A stretch of DNA of 64,000 nt from Cordylochernes scorpioides (taxonomy: Eukaryota): the NCBI GenBank assembly GCA_030710605.1, contig CP092864.1, positions 139,481,418-139,545,417 of the forward strand, given 5' to 3'. The notes under the pieces were generated by a model. It did not search any database and was not told the DNA's origin. It saw only the letters and a list, made by a program, of their open reading frames with translations. This document shows positions 12,078 through 24,656 of the stretch, in pieces. The number at the start of each line of letters is the position of its first letter. The first letter of the stretch is position 1. The translations under genes and the position numbers were made by a program.

Positions 12078-15000
12078 GTCCGGCTTGCCTCAAGGCAGGA
12101 GGGGGATTTGCGGCCAGTTTACCTGCTATAAATGTATATATTTTGAATAAAGGGAGGTCTCTGGACGAGAAGTGTTTAAAATTTATCTTAGATTCAGGCT
12201 CAGAGGCCAACATTGTAAATATTGACAATCTAAATTTATGCACTGAGGGACTAGACAAGCCTACTTACCATAAAGGTATATCAGGAAAATCTTTAAGGTC
12301 ATTAGGGAGTGAGGTGTTAGAAATAGGGGCAGTGGTGAACGGTAAGCCCATTAGGGAGATAAGAACGACCTTCGAGTATTGTCACATGGGGGAAATAGGA
12401 ATTGATGGCATACTCGGATTACCAGGCTTCCGAGCTCTAAAACTACACCTTAGCTACGACGGTAGTATTAGGTCCGACTACGAAAGGAAGGAGGATCCGA
12501 CCAAGTCGGCCTTCCTCTCCTCACTACAAACCATAGAAATGTCTCCCCAACCACCCAGGATACCACTAAACGAGATCCACACGGGCCACGATATTTTCAG
12601 GGCCTTCAGTCATTGCTTCTGCAATGATATAAAAGATATGGGGAATGGCTCCACCATCACAGCCCCTAAACTGAGGATGCTGACTAGCAAACCAGTATAT
12701 AGGAGGCAATATCCAATCCCGAATAAACTAGTCTCAAAGGTGAAAGCGTTAGTGGACGAGCTGGAGGAAGTAGGGATAGTAGAAGGGAGCACCTCTCTGT
12801 GGAATTCCCCTCTATTCCCGGTTGCCAAAACTGATGGTAGTGTTCGCATCACCATGGATCTACGTATGATCAATGAGGCAACTGAATTCTTCCCGTTCCC
12901 GATACCCCGTGTCGAAGACAATCTGCGCGCATTTGCAGGTGCAAAGGTCTTCAGCACATTAGATCTGACTTCCGGATTCTTCCAGATCCACATCCCAGAG
13001 AGCGACAGAGATTATTTTACCTTCTCTCTGCCCTGGGGGAGATATCGATTCACACGTTTGCCACAGGGAGCTAAAAACTCAGCACAGGTCTTCCAGTGGG
13101 CCATGAACTTGGTCCTGGGTGACTTGTTGTTCAAATGCGTTCGCCTGTACATCGATGACGTCATTGTCTACAGCGACTCTCACGAGCAGCATGTAGCGGA
13201 CCTCGCCGCTGTACTCGAACGCCTGAGTAAGTTCGGTTTGAAGGCCAAATACGGGAAGAGCTATCTCTTCAGGGACTCAGTAGAGTACCTGGGTCATGTA
13301 ATCGACCAAAATGGGATCAAACCCATGTGGGATAATGTCGCCGCTCTCAGGAATTTGAAACGACCTCATAACATCAAGGCAGTCAGAAGTCTATTGGGTA
13401 CAGTGAACTACTACCGACGCTTTATTCCCAACGCAGGTGAGGTCCTGGCTCCACTGAGCAACCTATTAAGGAAGGGACATAGATTTGCTTGGGGTGTGAT
13501 AGAGCAGTCAGCCTTTGAGACGGTGAAGGGAATATTAACCAGCGAGCCACTACTAATTCACCCAACAATTGGGGTTCCTTTCATCCTGAACACTGACGCC
13601 AGTGGGATAGCGGTAGGCGCTTGCCTCCAACAGGAGGTCAATGGGACAGTGAGGCCAATTGCTTATTATAGCAAGAGACTGACTGGTCCTGAGATCCGCT
13701 ATTCCACAATAGAAAAGGAGGCTTATGCAGTAGTGTTGTCCCTACAACACTTTAAACACCTCCTGGCGGGCGGTAGAGTAGAAGTACATACTGACCATAA
13801 ACCGATTACTTATAATAAGGGGTCTGATTATAAGAACGCCCGACTGTCTAGGTGGGCAGAGATCATCCAAGACTTCAACGTTACATTCATTTATGTCCCG
13901 GGGAAGGAAAACACGATAGCCGACTTCCTTAGTAGATTCCCGTGCGAGGATGATTCAAACCTACCACAAGATAGGAGGGTAGTGGCCACGGTGGTAAGAG
14001 ACCGTCGGCCCCCCTTATTAAATAGTAATCAGATATGGGAAGGTTTACTTCAAGAGAAAGGATGGGCCCCAGTAATGGATAAGTTAACGAAATTAAAACC
14101 AAATAGCACGGAGAGGTATAATGGCCGGGAATATAGGTTACTAGACAAATACCTCGTTACAAAGAATGAAAGGGGTACCTGGGTGAAGGTGGTTCCTACA
14201 GGTTTTAGGGAAACAGTGATCAGCTATCATCATGACATCGCTACTGGAGGTCATTTCGGAGTTAGAAAGGTTATGAGAAGGCTGAAAGGTGACTATTACT
14301 GGCCTGGCATGAGGACACAAGTCCGGAAATATATACGCAGATGCGAGAGCTGCCAGCTATCGAATCAAGGCGTAGCCAAAGCCGCTAGTGCTCCCCACTT
14401 TAGACCCGAAAAACCCTTTGAGCACCTAGCTCTAGACTTCATAGGACCCTTAGAAATAACCCCACGGGGTTATTCTAGCATTCTGACCATTGTGGATCTT
14501 TTCACTAAGTTCCCAATCCTGATTCCTACTAAGGACCAGTGTGCCAATACAGTGATTAGGGCCTTGTTGGAAAGGATAATCACTACCTTTGGGGTACCAA
14601 AAACGATACTCTCTGACCGAGGATCAGCATTCATGAGTTGCGTATTCAAGGGAGTCTGCAAGGCTATGGGGGTTGGTGCAGTAAATACCACGGCCTGGAG
14701 ACCTCAGAGTAATGGCGCCGTAGAAAGGCTCAATAGGACGGTAATAGAATCTCTACGCAGGTGTACAGCGGGGAACAATTGGGATACCACCTTACCAATG
14801 GTAGCCTTAGCTATCAGGACCACTGTACACTCTAGTACTGGATTTACTCCAGCGAAACTGGTCTTCGGACATGAGATTAGGCTCCCACAACCTTTCCAGG
14901 AAGGGGAGCTTAATCCTGTATGCGAGGATTCAATTACCGAGATGGCAGCCTTCTATGAGCGGGAATTGGTGGAGGAGGTTGAAAGGGTGAGAGAGGTGGT

Positions 15001-15526
15001 GAGGCAGACTTACTTGAAGGAGCAACAAGAAGCCAGGGCTGAGTTTGAAGCTAGAGAGTTAAGGATCTTTGAAACAGGGGATCTAGCTTTGGTAAAGAGA
15101 ATGCATGAGACGAAAGGACGTCACAAATTTGAGCCAAGGTATAGAGGACCTTATGAGGTACTACAAAGGACAGGCGACACTGTCTATCTTTTGAAGGATT
15201 TGGAGACGGGGCACTTGGACAAGATTCACATAGACAGAATGAAGGCCTATCATGCCCCAGTAAAGACTTACCCTACGGGGGACGGAAACACACAAGAACA
15301 AATAGATAGTATCACTGATGATGAGGATCACTGGGTACATCCAACGTATCCCATATATTCCCATAGAACTGTAGAACCAGTGGAACCACGAGAGACAGCA
15401 ACCTTAAGGAACCCGCCTGAGGTAGTAAATAGGGCAATTGGTGGCAATGTTGACGGCCCTGGAATACGTCGTTCAACCAGGGTCAAGAGACCCACTGATT
15501 GTAAATCATGCCCAGGTTGCCATTGA
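12011..15526 (+). CDS. pol: Pol polyprotein: aspartic protease (ILDSGSEANIV), reverse transcriptase (YIDDVIVYS), RNase H, integrase (HHCC zinc finger, DDE core, GPYEVL C-terminal module)
   Basis: 1171-aa uninterrupted ORF. The domain order PR-RT-RH-IN is diagnostic of Ty3/gypsy (Metaviridae). Confidence 0.9.
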   Translation: MLRVRRARAFHPRLPAEAEKKLGPACLKAGGGFAASLPAINVYILNKGRSLDEKCLKFILDSGSEANIVNIDNLNLCTEGLDKPTYHKGISGKSLRSLGSEVLEIGAVVNGKPIREIRTTFEYCHMGEIGIDGILGLPGFRALKLHLSYDGSIRSDYERKEDPTKSAFLSSLQTIEMSPQPPRIPLNEIHTGHDIFRAFSHCFCNDIKDMGNGSTITAPKLRMLTSKPVYRRQYPIPNKLVSKVKALVDELEEVGIVEGSTSLWNSPLFPVAKTDGSVRITMDLRMINEATEFFPFPIPRVEDNLRAFAGAKVFSTLDLTSGFFQIHIPESDRDYFTFSLPWGRYRFTRLPQGAKNSAQVFQWAMNLVLGDLLFKCVRLYIDDVIVYSDSHEQHVADLAAVLERLSKFGLKAKYGKSYLFRDSVEYLGHVIDQNGIKPMWDNVAALRNLKRPHNIKAVRSLLGTVNYYRRFIPNAGEVLAPLSNLLRKGHRFAWGVIEQSAFETVKGILTSEPLLIHPTIGVPFILNTDASGIAVGACLQQEVNGTVRPIAYYSKRLTGPEIRYSTIEKEAYAVVLSLQHFKHLLAGGRVEVHTDHKPITYNKGSDYKNARLSRWAEIIQDFNVTFIYVPGKENTIADFLSRFPCEDDSNLPQDRRVVATVVRDRRPPLLNSNQIWEGLLQEKGWAPVMDKLTKLKPNSTERYNGREYRLLDKYLVTKNERGTWVKVVPTGFRETVISYHHDIATGGHFGVRKVMRRLKGDYYWPGMRTQVRKYIRRCESCQLSNQGVAKAASAPHFRPEKPFEHLALDFIGPLEITPRGYSSILTIVDLFTKFPILIPTKDQCANTVIRALLERIITTFGVPKTILSDRGSAFMSCVFKGVCKAMGVGAVNTTAWRPQSNGAVERLNRTVIESLRRCTAGNNWDTTLPMVALAIRTTVHSSTGFTPAKLVFGHEIRLPQPFQEGELNPVCEDSITEMAAFYERELVEEVERVREVVRQTYLKEQQEARAEFEARELRIFETGDLALVKRMHETKGRHKFEPRYRGPYEVLQRTGDTVYLLKDLETGHLDKIHIDRMKAYHAPVKTYPTGDGNTQEQIDSITDDEDHWVHPTYPIYSHRTVEPVEPRETATLRNPPEVVNRAIGGNVDGPGIRRSTRVKRPTDCKSCPGCH
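12068..12074 (+). promoter_or_regulatory. -1 programmed ribosomal frameshift slippery heptamer A_AAA_AAC at the gag/pol overlap
   Basis: pol (12011-15526) is in the -1 frame relative to gag. The canonical X_XXY_YYZ heptamer sits 1 nt before the gag stop, and a GC-rich region follows. Confidence 0.75.
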
Positions 15527-18500
15527 TTTGAACCTATAGAATGTGTACTAGAGTTAGTTAAATTTTGATCATAGTATGAAGTGTTAGAATGTGAGTTAAA
15601 GGCCCTAGATTGTGGTCGTAAAGAAATTTCAGTTTTTTTTTTTTTGGAGAAGCTATTCTGTATTAATAGCAAGTGGTGAATTAAGTTGAGAGTTCAACAG
15701 TGTATTTTGTTTCGATTTTTTTATTGCAGGTTTTGAACAGTGGTTCAGCTTTAAAAACAATTAAGGGGCTTAGACGCACCAGACAATTGCTGTGCTTGTA
15801 ACATATTCTCTATGGAATGACTTGGAGCTTGCGTTGGGTAAAACTTGACTCCCTGTAAATCCCTGGGTCCAGTTATACAGTCCAAAGAGAATTTCTAATG
15901 AGAGTGTGTAAGGCAATTACAGTCTAAGAATTGATGTAATAGGATAGCAAGTCATCTCTGTTGTTAAACTCCAGAACGAGCTGGGTACTGAATGCCCTAT
16001 AAGTCCAAAGAAAGAGTTTAGCTGAATAGCAGGGAAAGAAGAATGCTAATGATCCTATACGGGAAGCAGCGTTGGCAAAACACTTGTAGAACTATCATAT
16101 TTCGGCAATGAGGTAAATGCTTGAAGTTCAGCTCGCTCCATTTAAGTGCTAGTTTTGATGATTCGTTTGTCTAGACACCAAGTGTCAAGATAAGAAGATT
16201 TTCAAACTGTTAGACACACAGTTAGAGTGGTAGGTTAGATTTCAGAATACAATTGTTGACAATCATCATAGTTTGATTTATTTATCTGTTTAAATATAAA
16301 TAATGTTTATCTACGTATAGATAACTTTTATGTAGGGTTTGTATGAGGCATTTATTTAAGTCAATAGGGCTTTAGTCCCCACTTTGTTTTAATTAGAAAA
16401 CTTTATTTGATTTCACATTAGTCCTGGAATTTAGAAATTGTTAGGGTTTATTTGATAGAGATTATTGAGTGTTTTGGCGTCTATAGCAGTTTTTAACTTT
16501 AGAATGAATGCCCACAGTGACTGAATTTTTTTTTTGTTGTATGAATGAGAAGTGGAATAAATGATGAGAAGGTTAAAAACTAGTATACTGTGAGCCCAAA
16601 ATACATTAGGATAGGATTAAGGAATTTATTAGGCTCAATTTTGATTTTGATTTCTTTATTTGTTAGGACCGGATGGCCTCACAGGACTGTACAACTCTAC
16701 TATTAGGAAAGGAATTCGCTCCATTTTGTTAGGTCTCCTCCAATGGGAGTATAAATTTGATTTCTATTATTAGGGTAATCAATCACCCCATTTCATCATA
16801 TCAACTTGAATTCTAAGAGTCGTAGATAATGATCATATCTCGATTCTCAGACTGGAAGGTTGTGGGAGGTTATGATCAGACCAGAAAACCCACCAAACTT
16901 CTCCTCATTAGAGGGAACGGAGAGGTATCAGGTGAACTTTGTGCTAGGTGGGGGGATTCAGTTGCCGACGTCGCAGACTAAGTGTAAAGCGACGAAAACC
17001 TCGGGTAAACGATCTGACATCGTAATTTACGACGCTTTGAGCGTGACTGAGATGAGGGTGGTTCAGACGGCAGGTTGAGAAGGTTCGGCGCGTTGAAGCT
17101 CCTCTATAAATTGCGCAGCTTGGAACCAATCCCCGATAGACAGAAACTTCGAAACATGTGCTGGGTAAATCAGTCCCTATAACTCCTTGATTTTAGGTCA
17201 CAGTCTAAAGGGGGTTTCTAATGAGAGTTAACAATGAGAGAGCGTGTAAAAGACAAGTTATGATTAGACGACGCGATTCCGTCTACAGATTTTTAGGTAC
17301 CAGTTAGCAAAGTGACAGATGGACTGTCCAGATTCTTTGCGTTTATATCGCCCCAGGCTAGCAAAAGTTAATCACCTAACTAAAGACTATCAGTCTACCA
17401 TACGTTTAGTTAAGACGAATTTAGGTCTAAATATCAGTTAATAAGTAGAAATTTTCTTTTTGTTACGAGAGTAACTCATCATAAGATAAGGTAAATTTTA
17501 AATTAGTAGGACTTTTAAATGAACTTCTGAGGCAGATCACCAGAACAAGCCAGTGTAGCTTTCAGACCTAAGAAGGAAGAATTTTTTTTTTTTGGAAAGA
17601 TCGATTCGGCCGTGAAAAGGCCTAGAGCAATGAGCTAGTCTTATTTTATTGTAGACATAGAATAGAATATTTTCAGAGAGGTGTTAAGAACTCGAGTTGC
17701 GGGTAGAAGGTATGAGTACACATTCTATAGATCATCTAAACAATGTATAATAGGGGTTAACTACATGTTCAGGTAAAGAACAAAGATAGGTTAGATTGTC
17801 ATCACGATAAGGTGACTTAGAAATAACCTGGTTTGGGAACGTATTGGCTATCATGATCCCCTTCATATATATATTCTTCCCTGATTTAAGAGAAGCGGGG
17901 AACATACCAGACAAAACACTCCCAATGACGAGTTGATAAGAACAATTTTAAGATATTCCAAGTAGAATTTGAAATACTAGTGAAATGTCCTAGACCCTCA
18001 GTGCACATCTATCCGTTTTATTATCATTATATATTCAATATTACTATATAGCATATATCATTCCTTTATTGTATTCATGTATATTTGTGTATGTAGAATT
18101 AACGAATAATTACTGTGTGTGACATTTTGGTAACGGCATTGTTTCCATCTTCAGACAAATGTACCGAATGAGGATTCTAATCACAATTTATAGATTCATC
18201 TGTTCACCATAGTATATCCTATATATATGTATATCAAACCATTCCGTTCATACCTATAGTAAACATCCATCTTAATTTTTTTTTTTCTCCGCGTATATCT
18301 GCATTGCCCCACTTTGACATACATAATATCCGTGCAAATTTAATGTGTATATTCACTTGCCACGTTTCTGTTTTGCCCTGTTATTAGTGTCATTGATAGG
18401 AGATGCAATTTTAGTATTCTTTTTTATATTACCATTACCATGGTAACCATGTATAGTCATTCCTTTGCTGTCATGTATATATCTTATAGAGTCAATAAAG

Positions 18501-18958
18501 TTTTTTTTTTTTTGGATATGTTTTAGGAATTGTACATATCTATATTAACACACACAATTCCTTGGCGCCCTTAATAATTATGTTTATCTAGGAGGTACTA
18601 ATAGTTTGTTTGTATAGAATTGATGTTTAGACCATCCCACACCTCCACCATGAGGACCATGGCTGAGAACATGTGGACTTCACTCACATCTGGGCCAAGA
18701 CCCCCCCGGGTCACAGACAGCGAAAGGGTGGGCTTAGTACATTGCTCATTAAATGGTAGAGTAGAATTTCCTCCAGTACTTACATTGAGCTAACATGTTC
18801 CAGGTTCATGGCCCGTATATTCCTCCTTTGTCCGAGTGTCAGTGATTGCTTGCTGATATCATAAAAGAATGCATTTCCCCCGGCTTCATATTTCTCATAG
18901 ACTATAAACAGATATGAATTGGAATAAACGCATTCTTTCACTCTGGTGGGGGAGGAAT

Positions 18959-21900
18959 TGTTGGGTCAGTTTTTCCATTAAACAAAACCCAACAAAGATG
19001 TAAACATTCATTTACATCATATAAACATATATATACGCAGTGTCTCGCCGAAGTGTTTGTTGCCTAGGTGGAAAACTCCCAACGATGGCCGACGATGCTC
19101 TAAAGGCCCCCTTCCCTGACGCAGGGCCTCCCTTGGAAGGATGTGCAAAGGGCAGACACGTGAAGACACGGGTGACATCCAGAGACATCCGTGCTGAGAA
19201 CTGCTGTACCATATGTACATATATTGCTGTACCATATGTACATATATTCCCCTCATTTCCTTTTGGTAGTAGGTGACCTAAGGAAAACAATGTGTCATTT
19301 AAACATATAAATTAATAATTTTATATACTCGGGATATATATATATATTTTAATATAATCAAAATATATATATATATTAATTAATTCCCAAAGGAATTAAT
19401 TTTAGGGGTTAATTTGTTTTATCCAATATACGATTTCTTTCTCGCGCGGCAACACGGGAAATTGGGGGCGTGGTCATGGGGGGACGTGCGTGTTTTCTTC
19501 CGACGAATGGAGATGCCCATTGATCACGTGGGTGTTTGCCCTCGGCGAATCAAAATGCCAGCCAATAAAGGCTTTGGCATGATCAACGAATGGAAATGAA
19601 GAAAGACTAGTATAAAAGGGCCCGTTTTTGACTAAAAAAGGATCAGACAGAGAGAGCCGCTCAGTGACAGTAGAGAATTTATCCAGACGAGCCTGGGACG
19701 TAGAGGAGACAGTCCGTGCCGCCGCTTTCCGAAAGAAGGTAAGCACGCCATTATGGCCCAACTCCCTTTCATAGTTTTCAATTAGAAACAGTTCTATTTA
19801 GAATCAGAATGGGCCCTAAAAGGGCTTTAAATACAAGATAGAATGTTTGTATTTTCGTGTCTTGTCCCGTTAGAAGGGATGGAGATCTATGTTCTCCAAT
19901 CTATAGAGAGGAAATAGTATCCTTAAGTCACCCTACCTATATTATTATGTAAATAGTATGTCCCGCCAGCATAAAAAAAAAATGCCCCCAAAAATATGAA
20001 TAGTTCAAATAAATATCCAATACATATCGTATGAGAGTAATTTCTTGTTCTCTCTCCTACATACTCCATTCTTTTGCCCTATGATGTTACTCCCACTGTA
20101 TAAATGAAATGTTGTATGTTTCTTATCTATTTGAAGGGAATGTTGCTAATAATTAGGTCTCCATAAATTGCCGGTCATATACATCGTTGCAAGTGTCTGT
20201 GTTTCAGTGTGCCTGCATCATGTCTACTTTATATTGTTCATTGATTTAAAATTAATAAGATACATGTTGTCTTAAAACTCATTAGGTTGTTCTCTTTACG
20301 GCTTTATTGAAGACCCAGGTTTTAGATATATTATGATTGTTAATGTCAATGGCATAAGTCTATAGTTTGCTTGTCCTTTATTATTAGATTTTTGGTGTAA
20401 TCTTCATAAATAGAGTTCTTCCCATATATCCAGATGGTAACATACTTATCGCATCTTGTTGAATCTTTACTATAAAGGATTAGGATTAATGTATACCTGC
20501 ATGTGCGGCCAGATTTTCCACCAATGGAGTCTGAATCAGGTACTTCATGATATCTACTTTGAAATATTGTTTTCCGCCCACTATACTTCAATAGAAATAT
20601 TAGTTTGGTCTTGTATATTCAGGATTTTAGTCTCTAATAGTAACATGTTCATCTTTTCTGAGATCTTCCAAAGTCGTTGGATGATCTCAAAGGACGTGAC
20701 ACAAAGAGATGGGTGCGTCACGGACCAAAGTCCGTTGGACTGTAGGGGCGGTAAAATGGATGGCGGTTCCATTCCAGCGTCTATCTTTATGATGGGAGAG
20801 CCGTTCACTATTAAGGGTATAGTTTGCTTGTCCTTAAATCTTATTTGTTAGTCTTCAGATATAACCTTCACAAGTAGGGTTCCTTCTACATATATCCAGA
20901 TAGCAAAATAATTCAAATATCTTAACCACTTGTTATATGCTAAGTACAGACTATTTACATATTTTTAAACTAAGGTTAAATTATTATATAATAAAAATAT
21001 AACTTATGAAATTTGAATTAGCCATGGAGCAGAGTTATGGCTATTGTATCTTTTTATTCTGATTTCTGACTATTGCGCTTATGTCAGGTATGTTTCTATA
21101 ATATATCCCTATACCATATTTTCTAATTCTTCGGGCTATTGTTAAGCAGTTAGGAGGGTAAGGTGTGATGCAAATAGATCTATATGTATGACTACTGTCT
21201 GTGTCATTTGGGTTATAAAAAGAAAGGGGGATGCCTTAATATGAATCTATCCGCAATTGACCTGTAGAAATTATAGAGATCTATTGCTATAATCTATTGC
21301 TATTGCTATGTCTTGATGACAGAGCCGACCATTATTTCACAAATCATTTTAACGTAGTGAAGGAACAGGAATAATTCGATATTTCCCCCCTTTCTTCCTA
21401 ATTACACGTGAGCCCTAATTTAATGGGAGTGTCTTTACACATCTGTCCTAAACTTCCCACACTATATCCCTTGTGTATAAATCTATTTTTTTAATTCATC
21501 TGTAGAAATATAGAGATCTGTTGCTATAATTTCCTCTATGAAGTAGCTACCAGCGTCTTCAGTAGGTGGCTAAATCGTTAGAAGGCGATTCTTTTAGAGG
21601 AATGGTTGAAACAACGAGGGAGGCAAAGGAAGGGTCCGCCATTTTTCTTTCATGGAAGAAGAAGCAGGAGAGAGTATGGATGTAAGTTGAAACCCCTGAG
21701 ACGTTTGGACCCCACATTCCTGAGACATCGTTAGTTCGCGCGCGAAGGATCCATCAACGGGACTGCCTGACGCTGGGCCCCTTTCCCCCCCCCCCCCCCC
21801 CCCGCTATTAGTGGAATTCCACCCATGCCTGGCGTGGTTGGAAGCCTCACTTGGAACTGCATTCCTCTAAATCCTTCTGTACTTTGTATATTATCTGATA

Positions 21901-22094
21901 TTCCATTCTTCCAATTATAGTTCTTATGCTCAAGTGCTACATTGCTTATCTCTATATCAAACGCCTTGCCTATTGTGGTAGAGACCCAGTTACCAAAATG
22001 TTACATTTGCAGTTTTTTTTGATAAATAATTTTTTTGTATTAAGTCACTCCCTACATGCTCCGTTCTCGTAGGTCTAAAATAGGGAACGCGACA
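18959..22094 (+). repeat. B-type interspersed repeat, copy 2 (tail continues to ~22425)
   Basis: Near-identical to 2919-6049. About 70 bp upstream (18890-18958) is also homologous to the sequence upstream of A copy 2 (29130-29197). Confidence 0.85.
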
Positions 22095-24656
22095 GCTATT
22101 ACATATAAGTTACTTATATTATTGTTGATATTATTAGCTGGTACTAGGATATATTGTGTTATATGTTTCGGGCAAATCTATTTTCTATTAATGCTATTGT
22201 GTTTTCTGAATAATAGAAAATCAATTATAAGCCTTTGATATTTGCTGTTTATGTTATTGTAATGTATTCTAGGTTCTCCTAATGCGAAAGTGTGACCTGT
22301 TCCTTTGCAGTATTGGAAAATTAGAGACCTATTGTCTTGATTAATAACGTTGCATCTATGTTCATATATTCTATTGCTGACTCTCCTTCCTGTCTCCCCT
22401 GCGTATTTTGGCTTGGCAGCTGTATACACTCTGACAAGGGAAGGTTATCCTGAATTGACAAATGTATAATTTTTGTCTTTAGTAGAGATTTCCAAGACTC
22501 TATTTCTGAAACATTTTTTTTAGATGAAGACAAATAAAACCATCTTGATAGTATTGAATTTTACAGTAAATATTTGCCAGCAGAAGGCATGATGAGATTA
22601 CATGAAATTTAAACCAGTTATATGTTTAGTATGTTCCTTCAGTTGTAATTTGACACCGTCTTGAAATAAAGAAATTGGACGGTGCGCTATATCTTGATGC
22701 TGGATATTTCTGTGTCAGAAAGGTGTAGTTATTCTGTTTAATGAGAATTCCAATAATTATCGAAATTTAGCAGATTATCATTGGGGATTTGAACAACTGT
22801 CTTGAAAATTTTTGAACAGCCCGAGTAGATAGAAGAGTCCTAGAGTTAGAGTGGAGAATTAGTAGTACAGACTGACCACTCGACGCAGATAACTCTAGGG
22901 AACAATTACTGTGATAATCCGCCGTAGACAAGAAGAACATTGATTCTCAGGATACTCGATAGGCAGAATTTTGAGAATTGATAAAGTCATGGTTAAAGTT
23001 TACACAGGCATGTGGGAGTAAAGACAGTGATTTAAAGAGGCAGCCTTGTGTCTTAAATACTTTCAGTGGAAGCAGATGCCACTGCAAATATTCAGGTCTA
23101 ATAATTTCCAAATTTGAAGTCATGCATGACGGGTTAGCACGGGATTGACGCCTGGACGGGTTTCCACTGGGATTAATCGAGCTTGCGAAAGAACTAGAAG
23201 AAGTGTGACATGTCACGCCACTGTACTAAATTAATAATTGAGAAGATTTATGTTGAGCCAACTGAAATTAGTAAAGAATTAAGAGATTAAGGTCTTATTC
23301 TTTGAGTTTTACACTAATTTCAATTACGCGATATGGACGGCGTTATAAGTTGGGTGGAAATGATTCGGCCGCAATGGGATGGTCTCCTGGAGGTGGTACG
23401 ATCAAATACTTACTTATTGAATGCCGGGCGGGATCGCATGAAGCATTAAATGACATCGTGAAATGCTTAAAGAAACACCCTAGAAGATTGGGGATCGACA
23501 AAATGACGACATGGAAAATGCTCAACATTGTACATTGGCAGCAAAATGATATCTTGCTATTGTATGGACGACCACTCCTTCCTGAAATGTGCAGCGGATG
23601 TTAGTCCCAGAATTAGGTCCTTTGAGGCGACACTTTCCTTTGCAGATGACATAAAGACGCATGACAAAAACAGCACATGAGCATTTAAACTAACTTCAAT
23701 TCCTGCCATTAATTAATTTAGTTGACCAATAGCTATAGAACCGCTGGAGACCTCCATACCCTGTGTGAATATTTTAGTGAGAAATGAGCGATTCAATTCT
23801 ATGAGCTATGAGGTATCCTGTAAGATCAGAGCTGTACCCCATTCAATTTTTTTTATAGTAGCCAGTGCGAGATATTTCCAGAATGTTTGTTTCTTTTTTT
23901 TTCTAACTGTCATATAATTCGGAAACTAGAAAACTACACTATTTTGATACAGTTTACATCTAGCATCCATGAGAACTCAATATGACTATTGAACGTAGAT
24001 TGAAGACTAATGAGCGAGCCAACCTAAAGAGAACGAGTTTAATAGGCTTACAATCAATAGTTGAAGCAAACTATTCGCACAAATTTGTTATGTTCTCTCT
24101 CTAAATGATCTATGACATTATAGATTTTCTTAACAAGGTAACTACCCCGCCGAGTGTATATGGAGTTATAAAGCTTAAGGGTCATAGGCTGTTGGAATAG
24201 AGTAGTTCAAAATTAAGAGTGATAATAGATCGGGATCCAGATCCCGATGACGGGTTTCGAAGAGACTTCAGAGGGATGAAAGAGGTGTTGAAAGTGATGG
24301 AAGGGCGATGAAATATGATGAAAAAGGCGTTGAACTGTGTTATAAGGTGATGAATAAGAGATGAAATGTGTTGAAGGCGTTGAAGAGAGATGCGATGGAA
24401 GTAATTTGAAAGGCGTTGAGGATGATGAAGGATGATGAAAGAGTGAGAAAGCGTTGAATGTTGATGAGGAAGAGATAGAAAGATGCAGAAAGATGTTGAA
24501 AGAGAAAGAATTGAAAAAAGTTGGATAAAGGGTTTTGTAAATAGTAGATAAAGATTGATGGAAGAAAGTACATTTAATGTATAAAGCGTAGCTGTCGACC
24601 GCAATATCGCCTCGATAGAACTATTTCTTTTAAAATAAGACATATTATGCACTGGG

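Larger units (their letters stand above)
9497..17560 (+). mobile_element. Ty3/gypsy-type LTR retrotransposon (full coding capacity; LTR boundaries not resolved by eye)
   Basis: gag with a CCHC knuckle, then pol with D(S/T)G protease, RT YIDD motif, RNase H, HHCC plus DDE integrase and a GPY/F tail. Homology with the deleted copy starts at TTTGTGTAAGCTG (9497/24657) and ends at CACCAGAACAAGCCAGTG (17560/27545). Confidence 0.85.

Noticed and set aside
12610-12993. 127-aa minus-strand ORF inside pol, and similar antisense ORFs (11294-11512, 11509-11721, 14470-14691)
   Set aside because: They are antisense to a strongly supported pol/gag CDS. They have no motifs and are chance ORFs.
23302-23604. 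100-aa ORF (MSFTLISITRYGRRYKLGG...)
   Set aside because: No recognisable domain or splice context. It is isolated in AT-rich unique sequence, and the evidence is insufficient to call a gene.
24182-24652. 156-aa minus-strand ORF
   Set aside because: It overlaps a degenerate GATGAAAG/GTTGAA tandem repeat and its low-complexity translation reflects that.
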